The notes under the pieces: model-generated
The model's database searches: none
What the model saw: the letters and a program-made list of their open reading frames with translations, nothing else
Told to the model about the DNA's origin: nothing
Shown here: positions 11,501 through 23,500 of the stretch, piece by piece
Layout: each line of letters starts with the position of its first letter
Position numbering within the stretch: position 1 is the stretch's first letter
Program-made: the position numbers and the translations under genes
From: Macrostomum lignano
Taxonomy: Eukaryota
Length of the DNA: 64,000 nt
Assembly (NCBI GenBank): GCA_002269645.1
Contig: NIVC01001196.1
Span: 1 to 64,000, forward strand
Direction of reading: 5' to 3'

Positions 11501-14500
11501 TGTATCCAGCTGCTGTTAATTGTCAGGTAATAAACATTGCATGCCCTACTGAATCAAAATAAACTTGCTAGTAAAGCAAGCTAGCAAGCTCTTAGCGCGA
11601 ATAAGTAAACTTAATCATTAAATTTGCATATTTAAATGAAATATGGGTTTTGTTTTGATTTGAAAACACTTTCAGTCCATTCAAGGCGCTCCAGTTTTGG
11701 TGGACTACGCTAAGTCTGGCGAAGATTGGCCTATGACCAATGAGAGCTGGTCTGAGTTTTGTGAAGAAGAAGAAGACTGGTCTGAGACGGATGACGAAGG
11801 CTGGTCTGAGTCTGATGAAGAAGACTGGTCTGAGTCAGATGAAGAAGACTGGTCTGAGTCAGATGAAGAAGACTGGTCTGAGTCAGATGAAGAAGACTGG
11901 TCTGAGTCAGATGAAGAAGACTGGTCTGAGTCAGATGAAGAAGTAGACTGGTCTGAGCCCAAGGAAGACTTGTCTGAGCCAACTGATGCTAGCAGCAGCA
12001 CTGCCACAAACACCAGCACCAGCATCACCACCAGCATCGCAGGTCACATGGAGAATAAAGACAACGTTGAAAATGAAGGTATGAGCAAGTTTTCTCCTAA
12101 AGTTAGTTGTGTTTCTGAGCTTAATTATCATGATCTTAACCAATAACGAGCGAAAAATAGGATTCTTTGCAAAAGTCTCTCGATGAAAAGAATTTAAAGC
12201 TTCCTATAGCTTAGCCAATTTGAACTGCTTCATGATAAATTATAAGGAAATAATCTAAATCTGAAAAAAATAAAAGAATTCATATCATTAAATGAGTATA
12301 AGTCTGAGTATTACAGTTCAAAATGCACGAAAAAGTGAACTCTTAGAATAATTTGAGTTTGCAACAACCTTTTTAAAAATGCAGGTGGGAACTTCACAAA
12401 CAGAATCATCAGTGCACACAATGGAGTCCTCGAATCCATTCGAATTCGACAACAGCAACGCCAGCAAGCAGAACCTGGCCACGGCCAGGGTGATCATCAG
12501 GCTACTCCAGATGCATTCACCAGCGTAGCAGCTATGAGGTCAAACGTAGAGCGTATTCTATCCGAGAGACTGCTTGACAGGAGTAAATTGGTGCGTGCTC
12601 AATTGAGATTGAATGTACATATGCAGCGAATGAGAGGAGGTGAGATGGTGGCTGAAGAGGATAAGTGGATTAGCGTGCCCATGGGGCAGTTGGATTCAGC
12701 TGATGACTTTGAAGCCTGGTGGACTACTCAAGTGAATGGTTGCGAAAGAGTCATTGAATTGTTAAATACAAACGGTAGCGGCTGGGTGCTTGGTGGTGTC
12801 AACTTTGTTGACGTTTTTGTGTCATACGGTGACCGGATTCGCTACTATATTGGTCATGCTGACAAGTTTGAGCTACCAAGAGATCTTAAAGCTAAGCAAG
12901 CCGTTATAAATCCGCCTAGAAAAAGGTGATGATTGCTTCCTGTATGCTTGCATTGCCGTCTTGCACCACGATGATGACAGAATTCGCAAGGCTCCTCACC
13001 GACTCTCATCCTATCAGGCTTGGCTTCCTGGACTCGATTTGGAAGGAATTCCGAAGCCAATTCAACTTAGCAGCCTTGAACAAGTTGAGAAAAGAAATTC
13101 TAACGTGTGCTTCACTGTGCTGACGTGGAAGAATGGAACAGTGGAAGTTTTAAGACAGCCAAAGGTAGAAGTCGCCGAAGGAAGAATCGTAGTTCCACTG
13201 CTACTTTTTTTCAAAAGCCAACAACTCTGAAAAAGGACATTGGTGTGGGATTGTAAATCTCAACCGTCTGCTCAATAGTCATGATGGACTGCACCAGAGA
13301 AAATGGTGCGAGAGATGCTTGACAGGTTTCAAATCTACTGAGCGTCTTAGTGCTCATCGTGAAGATTGTTACCAATCAAACAGCTGTACGGTGAAAGAGA
13401 TTATGCCCACCAAAGAAAAGAGCATAATGTCCTTTACGAGCTATGAGAAAACAGTTTCTCCACCATTTGTAGTTTATGCAGATTTGGAGTCCTTCAATGT
13501 TCCCATGAACACTGAAATTCCAGCAGGGCTACAAAAAATTTCTCATCATACACCAGCAGCTGCTGGGTATCTGATTGTCCAAAGAGCAGGTGTTAAAGGA
13601 CCTGCACTCAGAGACTCCAAATCAATGTATGAAGCCTTTACAGCCTCTTCGACAGAGAACTGCATTGAGCAACTTCTTCTTTCTCTTGAACAGCTTGCGC
13701 GCGAAATTTATGAGTGGAACAGGAGCCACAGTTATCAGCCGAAGATTATTGATCCAAACGCTCAAAGCCTGTTTGAAGCAGCCGATACGTGCTATTACTG
13801 TCATGAGAAGTTCAATGAGGACACCATTTTAAAGGTTTGGGATCATGATCACCTGTCTGGTGAATTTCGAGGTGCTGCATGCTCCAAGTGTAACATTGCT
13901 GCTCAGCTAAAGCGACGCTATTTACCTGTTCTGTTCCATAACCTAAAGAACTACGACATGCATTTTCTCTTTTCTGTAGCACTGGGAAAAATGAAGCACT
14001 GGCGTCTAAGTGTTGTACCAATTACGACAGAGAAATACCTGTCTCTAACCGCCGAAGTGCAAGTTAATGAAGTCGTTATTCAAGGAAAAACTGTGCCACT
14101 CTATGCCACGATCCAATTTTTGGACTCTTTCCAATTTCTCAGCAGCAGTTTAGACTCTTTTATTAGAGATTTACCGAAGGATGAACGAATCCACACCGAA
14201 TCCCTAAAGGAGTTCTATCCCGCTCTCACTGATGTCACTCTTGAAGCCAAAGGTGTCTTTCCCTATGAGTTTGTACAAAGCACAGCTGAATTGGAGCTAA
14301 ACGAGCTACCACCTCGTCAGGAATTTTTCAGCACCCTCTCAAAGAGTGAATGCACCACCGAGCAGTATGAACGAGCGAGGAGGGCATGGGATGAATTTGG
14401 TGCAGCGAATTTAAAAGACTACATGCTTGCTTACCTCCAGCTTGATGTTAGGCAGCTTGCTGATGTCTTTGAGTCGTTCAGGCGTCTTAGTATTCTAGAT

Positions 14501-17500
14501 GATGGATTAGATCCAGTCCACTTCATATCCACTCCTGGATTATCCTTCTCTTCGGCTTTGAAAAGTACTGGAGTCAAGCTGGAGCTACTAACTGACAACA
14601 CAATGTATAGGATGTTTGAAGAAGGTATTCGTGGTGGTATGTGTTTTGTTAATGTACATCAGGTGGCGATGGAGAAGTCAGCAAATGAGTCAGCATCACT
14701 CATTCCTCTTGATGTCAATAATCTTTACGGTGTTGCGCTATCAATGCAGCTGCCCTACAAAGAATTCAAGTGGGTTGAGCCTGAAGAACTGATGACTTGG
14801 ACTGATGCCACTATTTTGAATCACCCAGACGATGCGCCAACAGCATTTCTGGTCGAGGTTGACCTGATTTGCCCACCCGAAATTCATGACAAAACGAGTG
14901 ACTTGCCACTGGCACCGGAGAAATCCCAACTGGAGTTTGCAGACTTTCCAGAGTTCATGCAAGATCTATGGCAACGTTTGAATCCAGATGGCCATAACTA
15001 TAATAGTTGTAAAAAACTGTTGCTAACTTGCTTTGACAAGCAGAGCTACGTCGTTCACAGCAGAACTCTGAAATTCTACATTGAGCAGGGAATGCTAGTC
15101 GCTAAATTTAAGCGAGCAATACAGTTCTCGCAGGCTGCTATCCTGGATCCTTACATTCGCTAGAATACTGAGCGAAGGATTGCATCAAAGTCAGAGTTTG
15201 AGAAGTTCTACTACAAGCTCAAGATTAATTCGGTATTTGGAAAGACGATGGAAAACGTCAGGAAACGGAGATTGATCAGAATCTGCAATTCCGAGGTAAA
15301 GGCCAGGATTTTGGCTTCAAAGCCCAATTTAAAAGAAGTCATTATCATCAACCAGGACTTGAGCATATTTGAGCTGAGCAAAACAACCGTGTGCCTGGAC
15401 AGACCAATTTACATAGGTCAGTGCGTCCTTGATTTATCTAAGTTGTTTATGTATTCGCTGTGGTACAACAAACTTAAACCGTGGTTTGAAGACGAGAAAG
15501 TTCGGCTACAGCTCTGTGGAGGTGACACAGATTCTTTTTTCCTTTGCATCAGGAATATTGACCCTGTGCAAGAGTTCCTGCAAGAGTTAATCAAAAGGCG
15601 GATTCTTGACACATCAAACTATGTTGACGGCCACCCGCTTAAGTCTACAGAGTTGAAAGCCAAACTCGGTTGTGTCAAGGATGAATCCTGCGGAATTGAG
15701 TACAAAGAGTGGATTCTCCTCCGACCAAAACTGTACAGTTTTCAAAGCTCCGCCGCTGCCGCTCATAAGAAGGCCGCAAAAGGAATTCAGAGAGCCGTAC
15801 TGAAGCAGCAAATTAATCACGCGGACTATGTTGCTGCATTTGAATCATTGAAGACGCTTGATGTTGTTACACACCGAATTGCAAGCCATCGACATGAAGT
15901 GTTCACAATTCGACAGAGGAAGCGAGCCCTCACCATCTGGGAAGACAAACGGGCCTGGATCAGCGCAAATGACAGCCTCCCGTTCGGCCACTTCCGTCTT
16001 GGCCAATCTGATGCACCATCCCGGAAGAGGAAGCGGCCTCCAGATCTTCAACAGTGACTAAACGTGAGGGATGCATCATTGACATTTATTTGAACGACTT
16101 ACGACGATTACATCATTTATTGCTATCCATAATCAAGCCAGTCTAATTCATTTTTTTCATACTTTCGTTTATCGACATTAAATTTCTCGACATTTTCCAA
16201 TCTTATATTATTGTTTATGAGCATATTCAAATTTATTTTAAACTAACGCATAGGCTTTGATTTACTTAAAATATCGCATGACTTAAAATGTACTCGTAGT
16301 TATTTGCTTTATTGCTCTTTTAAACTATCTGATAGCTTTTGTAATACGTTCAACATGCTGAAGTGTAATTGCTATGTTGTCATAGCCCATGTAATTACAT
16401 TCTCATGTTTTTAAGTCGTGTTTCGTTACAAACCTGTCATTTTGCTCATACCGGTAATTTCATCATCGCTCACTTCGTTGGCAACATTTGTGCTGAATCT
16501 GATATAGCTATTTTAACGCACATTTTTCCAATTGGTGTCAGGCAAAGGACCTTTTTTATTTTCCTTTCTTTTGAGCAATATTTAGCACTTTTTATTACAT
16601 CCATTTATTGTTTCCACTGCTGTTTTATGTTTGTCATATGCGTGTTTTAATTGGGAGTGTGTGTGTGTGTATGTGTGTGTTTTCATTAAATAATAAACTC
16701 ATGAAAAGAAGACAGAACGATTCATCTTTATTCATGCAAAAATTAGCTTAGTTATAAGCTTCCTTCTTTCCTAACTGTAATCATTTATTTTTACGCTGAG
16801 TTACAAATTACACGTTTTAATCGCATGAGATCTGTTTGCAATTGAAAAAAAGATCGAGCACCACTTAGAACAAAGGAGCCGCGGTGAAATAGCAAACATT
16901 TACAAAACTTCAGCTTGAAAATTAAAGCAGAAAAAGATTCAGGTTCATACTCAGCTTTTGGTAAATTCATAGACAGTTTTGGTAGGGACAATGCAGAACT
17001 GAGCGAAAGTTGGCCATGAGCAGTAATAGTTTTAATTCGAACACAAATAGTTTGATGAGGCAGCAGTTGAGCCGGCACTCTCCGATGCAGCATAGCCACG
17101 AAGCGACGGGCAGCCCTTTTGGCGTCTGCGTGAGTCTTGGCACCGCAGATGCTCAGTTGCCCAGTAGGGTAGAGTAGCAGAGTCACTCTGGGACTCCGCA
17201 TCCGCTTGATGAGCACCCGGGGCCAGACGGGCCGGTAGATCACATGAGCCATGCTGAGAGCCAGTTCCCGTAGAGGCAGCTGGGCGCCCCTGCCACCATC
17301 CAGCCTCAGATCCACTCCGCCAACCAGATTGGTCACTCTTAGGGCTGCAGCTGGTGGGCTCATTTCGATCCTTGACTTCTTCAGCAAATCTTCTGCTCGT
17401 GTGCCACGGACACTGCTCGCTTCTTAAGTTGATGCAGAACTTTGGCTTAAGCCAACTGTAGTGCAGCAACGAATTTCTCACTGCACAGCCAGTATCTGAA

Positions 17501-20500
17501 TCTTCAGTCGAGGGTGCTCCCAAATCTTCTAGGTTATAAACCTGTCTACCAAGCAGCTCAGTCAGGAAAATAGACTTCCTTTCCCCATTTGTCCAGATCG
17601 GACCACTGGCAATGCTCAGAATGTCTTCCGCCAGTTCCATGTACGGACGGGTTCCATCACTCCACTTAAACTGGTGCACACTCTTTGATAGCTGTCTGTA
17701 GTAAACTCGCATGTCAGGTGAGACTCTCTCCCATGGATACGGAGGTGCGTACACATGGTGAGCAATGCGGTAGCTTCCCGCTCTGATTTGAACAACTGCC
17801 AACTCCTTCACAACAAAGTTTTTGCTTGTGCTGTTGCACGGGAATCCTTGGAAGTCAATGTAGTTCATGATGCAGCTTTCCTTCGAAAATTTCGGAGTCA
17901 GTCCACCTTCTTATATACTTTTCTGGCAGGCAGTTTCAGCCAGGCTGTGTTGCTCCCGTACCCCTTGACTAGACTCGCCTGTTCTTTCTCCAGTTCACCC
18001 CCTCTGCTGGTTACCATTTTCTTCTTAACTGATTTACCAACAGCGGAAAGCGGAACATTAAGCTTTTTCTGCTGCAGCAAATCGATGAACTCGTTCCACC
18101 CAACTGGTTCACGCTCGCATGACGAATCCCTCACTGCGTGCTGAATCAAGTCCAGTATGTTTGAGGAAGGGATTGACGTGCCTGCGATTTCCACCTCCCC
18201 GTTTTCACAAACTCCAATCAGCTCTGGATTGGTGGACAGGATCGTCCATAGACTGCGAGCCCTGGTTTTGAATTTCTGTGGCACCGACTTGCTGATCTTC
18301 TCTTCCCAGGTGCTCATCTGGGGTGTCTCTGTTTTCATCAACTTGGCTTCAGCATTGCGTGCTCCTTCTTTTCCAGCGTGCTTGCGCTTGGCCAGCAAAC
18401 TTTGCATTGCACTTTGGTACATGGCGGTTTTCACATCTTCTGGATAATCTTCGGCATACAAGATGTCATCGCATTTCTTCTGAGCCTGCTTCAAGTCAGC
18501 TTCAGTGCTATTCTCATTTGGCTTCAAATTCTGCATCAACATCTCATACTCTGCTTTAGGAATCAGAACCATTTCTGAAAATTTGTTCATTTTGCTTCTT
18601 CTTCTTTACCAGCTTAAGCAGAATCGGGAGTATTTTGATGAAGCCAGCCTTCAACAAGTCTGTCTTTCTTCTTTGGTGAGTAATTTTTCGAATTATCTCT
18701 TTTGACTTTGCAAGAACAGCTTTTTCATCGAGAGAAAACGATAGATTGTTTTGTAAGAGATTATGGCAGGCCTCGACAAGAAAATAACGCACTTCTTTTG
18801 AACAATTTTTTATCAACAGCCGCTTGAAGCGCACGGTATATTTAGGTGACGCAAGAACCGCAAAAAGACCTTCGTGAGAATCAAGCACTTCCATAGCGAT
18901 GAAAACAATAGCCGATAAAAAACAAGCTTCACTTTATTAAGCAAATACAAGATGGGGTCGCTGGTTGGGCAGAATTCTGGCCCGTACTCGCAGCTCATCG
19001 GGAGTTGATGGGTGAAAGTCTAGGAACAGGTAGGCTCCCCTGTTCTGCGCGGTCACGTGCTTGAACACTGACAGCAGAAAGCCGGGCTTCTCTGTAAAGC
19101 ACTGTCTGCCCAGTGCTGCAATCTGCAGTTGGTCTCTGGGGTTTTTCAAGATAGCTAAATACATTACATTCAAGCTCATTGTTCGCGACTCTTTTCCCTT
19201 GAAAAATATATTCTGAGTCAGCATCACCAAAAAGCACGGCAAGTGATGTGCGATTCCTGTGAAAAAATTTCGCATTGAAGCAGAATTTGAAGTTTCCTCT
19301 ATTAAGTCATCGAAAACAACCAGGTCATTGGGCCTAAGTGCTGCCTCGATGTTGGTGGAAAATCCCTGGCGCAGCTGCACACCTAGGCTGCTCAGTTCTG
19401 CATGGCCTGCCTGTGAGATCCCATAGTACCACAGAACTCTGCCAGGCTTCACATCAAACATGACGTCTCTGTACTGGATCAGGTGTTTGACAAAGGTTGT
19501 TTTTCCTGCATTGGTGGGCCCGCAGACAATCATGCAGCTTCCCTGCCTGAGGCGGAGATCGTAGCAAACTCGCTTTTCTTCCATGTCTAATGCATAAATA
19601 TAGTTCTAGAACATCTTTTTCTTAAGTTGGCTTCAAACCTCTGTAAGATTCTATCATTCAAATGATTTTTTTCATTAGCATGCAAATGCTTCAGAATCCC
19701 CTCAAATGACCGATTGAACAGAAACTTTTGATAAGCAAAATAGATGCAAAACATTCCGCATTTATTAGAGTTAGCACATTGAAATCTGTTTAGATTGTGT
19801 AAGCACTGGAATTGTGCTTACATCGAAGCGAAAAAACAACGGCCTCCTCTCGTCTCAACCGGTTCTATCCAGCCAGACCAGCTCTACACTAAAGGGCAGA
19901 TAACAAAGCTGAGGTTCGAAGGCCAAGCCAGCAGCCTGCGAACGCGTGACACAGTAGACTCGCAGCAATGCTTGGGGGGGGGGGGGTAATAGGGTTGCCT
20001 AACAACGGGACAGAGAAAAATGCTCGAGCGATAACCCTGCCCCGCTCAAACTATGCATTGCTCTTCATTTTGTCAACTAAACCAGTTTGCTTGCTTGACT
20101 ATAAAATACACTGTCTTGAATAATTTGCGGCAGAGAGAGATTCAGAGATGTGAGCCTCACACTCATAACAGGGCCCTCAGAGGCCAGTGTGTTCGAAAGT
20201 CTTTCTGACTTGTGAGCAGAAGATAACAGGAATAAAAACTGTTATAGATTGCTTCGGAGCCAAAAGCCAGTTGTTTTAATCTCTCGAAACAAATTATAAA
20301 CCACAGATAAAATTTCAGGTTCCCAGCCGAGGGAGTTGAACAGCTCAATGCAATTTCCTTGCCCAGCATAGCATACCACCCAGTGACCAAATGAGCCATT
20401 GAGCTGAAGTAGAACAAAAACAAACTTGTTTTCAAGAGAAATTGATGATCGAAATTTTCTTTTTACATTCAAGGACAGAGAATTTTTATAGCGCAAATGT

Positions 20501-23500
20501 AAAGTAATTATAGAAAATTTTTGGCAAGGCAAAATTTTTTTGGCTAGATTGAATAGTTTAATTGCGTCCATGCCAGTTAAGAGGAATAGTCCAGCAAAAG
20601 CTCCCGGTGCTTGGTGACCTCAATCAGCGAGTCATACAGGCACATAGCAATCAGGGACACCGCTTCGTCCAGAGCCTGTCGGAAGCGAATCTCCAGCCGC
20701 AGGTTGCCCTCCTTCTGTCCGTACCACAGAGCCGCTCCCTCGGGTGTGAGATCGAATGCAAACACCGTGGTGTTGTTGGAGAAGAGCTGGTAGGGGATCC
20801 ACGGCACCGAATTTGTGGGGCTTGCAGATTGACAGCTTTTCAGGTAGTGCAAGTATTCTCTTACGAAGGAATTGTTTTCAGGTGTGAAGGCGCCGTGGCA
20901 CACGGTTTCCCCACCTTTCTTTAGAGCCAACCGGCTGAGGTTGAAGCTCTGGAACTGGAACGGGCTCGCGTGATGATGACCGTTGAATGCACGGTGGCTC
21001 ACGAAGGCCAGCATGATGAACTTCGGCAATTTTCCATGAGTGAATCCTTCAATGTTTTTAGATTGGATGTCCTGGGGTAGGATGAAGTTCTGCATTTCAG
21101 TTCGCTCGATGGGATACAGTGCATTTTGGTTTGTCAGCCCCTGCTCATGGGCCAGGCTGATGTGGGGCACCACTTTGACTCGGCGAAGATGCAGAATGCT
21201 GTGAGAGATTTCCATTCGGTATGCCGCGTTGTTTGCATTCGGGCTTCTGATGGCAAAGGCCCCATCGCTGGGTACCAGTTTGATGTGCAAGTGCAGATTG
21301 CTTAGCAGAAACACTGGGCACTGGAAAACATCGCTGAAGAGCGGCCCCGCATACTCCATCCATCGGGATTCCCTGTGGCTCTCCGTGTGCTCTTCAGCTG
21401 CCGAGTTCGGCTCCAGGAAGCCAGCAGGGTAAAGTTTTAGTTGCTGGGCATCGGATGAGCTCATTAGTGCTTTGAAGTACGCATGGTAGGGATAGAGCTG
21501 GTCTCCACCAGACACCACTCGCTGGTTAATGCTTACAATTACATCTAAGAAGGCTGTAGACAAAACAAAATTTTCTGGGTGCACATCACTGTCTCTGCGC
21601 TCGGTGATGATGCCATCTCCATCTCGAACATCCTCCCTCAGCAAACCCCCATCCAGTCTCACAAGGCGGCAGCGAATATAAAGAAAAGAATTAGGCAGAT
21701 CTGTGTATTCATCGGCAGATTGGTGGCAGTCAAATTCAATGGGGGAGTTTGCAGTAATGGAATTTACTGGGTGAATATCAACATAAGTAGCTTTTTCAAT
21801 GCAGGTTTGTAGAACGGGCGTCTTAAATAAATCAAGTCTGGGATTGAATCCGTAAGCCATGTCTATGACAGAGAGTCGAGCACGCGTTTCACAGTTTTCT
21901 TGCTGACTTTTCGCTTTCGCTTTCCTCCGCCTGCTGCATTCTTCTTTGCTTTCGTCTTCCTATTCTTAAGCTTTTTCCCACTAGCCTTGCTTGACCTCTT
22001 ATTGCGATTTCCACCAGTTGCCTTTCGGGTGCCCTTCTTCTTCTTCAATCGTTTCGGACTTGCTTCAGTATTTCTTTTGCGCCTGACGTTGCTAAGCGTT
22101 GAAGATGATGATGTAGCCGCTGGCGGAGGCTGGTATGTCATGATCCCTGGGAAGCTCCCACAGCCATAGAGTGCAGGCTTTTCGTGTGCTGTCCTCACCC
22201 CCGAATATTGCTGGATCAGCTGCTGGTAGTTCATTGAATGCGTTTCTCTCGAATCTGAACTGTGAGCAGAACAGGGCTGTGAGTCTGTGCAATCAGTAGG
22301 CAACCATAGATGTCCCGCAGCTGAACTCGAATGCTGTGAAGAAGACTGATTCGTTGAATCGGGAAGAATATTGTTTTCTTAAATATTTTTGACAGGTAGT
22401 TGCCCCATTGAATGTTGCCGTTCACTCCGACTGTTCTCAACAGGGAGCCCAAGTTGCAATTAGTTGACTCAACGATACTGCAGTGCACATTGATTAAGCT
22501 GGTGCGCGGGCAGCCAATGCAGTGCTCGGACACGCGGCTCCCTGGCTGGATTTTCACAGCCTGGCTTCCAAATCCCAGCCAATGCAGAATTTTGCTGGAT
22601 GGAAGAAACAGCTCTGCTCTCGCAGTGTTGTTGTGCACCACAGTTCGTGAGTTGCGGATTTCGAACTTCATACCGAATTCCCTGTTGCCACTACGCCCCA
22701 TCAGGCCGGACTCATCGGCCTCCATCTCAGACTCCCTGTCACTCATTGCATCAAAGAACAGCGAATCAGAGTTGGCCAGCAGCTCATTCAGGCGCTCTAC
22801 CAGCTCCTCCACTCTAGCAAATCGTCCGGGTTGAAGAACCAGGGCCTCATGCTCTCTTCCATCTGAGACAGTGAAGCAGTAAGGCTCGTCAACATTGAAC
22901 CATGCAGCAGGCGGATGGATTTCAGCCAGACCTGCCTCATATTCCACATTTCGATCCAAGTAAATAGGTGAAGACAGGTAAAAATTAAAGTCACTAGGAG
23001 TACCTTCAGCATGCTCACTGTTAATCAAAATAGTTCGCATTATAATCATAAACTACATGATGAGGGATGTGTCAAAGCTAAACCTTTCTTAAGTCTTTTT
23101 CATCCACCCAGCCTGTCGAATCGTAGCCGGCCCACTTGACAAGATAGCGAATTTTCCCTCTTTGCTTTTGTGTCTTCAACACTTTTTCAATCTCGTATAG
23201 TCGCTGTGAGTCCGGCACCGCCTGCAGCTCGTGCTCGTGAAAGAGGCCTTGAATCTCTTCTCCCTTCATGTCTCGGATCTTGTACATGTAAGGATAATGT
23301 TTCGGAGCTTTTGCAACTACAGTGTACACTTCCTCACTCCAGTTTGCTTTGTACCCTTTTTTGAATAGCCGGGGCGCGTTAGAAATTCTTACAGTTTGAT
23401 TTTCACTGAACTTTGGTTTCCTGACTTTATCCAAAGTTTCTATTGCCTTGCCATCATACAGGTTCATCCACACTTCCGACTCATTTTGCTTGCAAACATT

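Noticed and set aside
20099-20106. Plus-strand TATAAAAT between the ATPase and protease genes
   Set aside because: Points opposite to the surrounding genes, with no plus-strand ORF downstream
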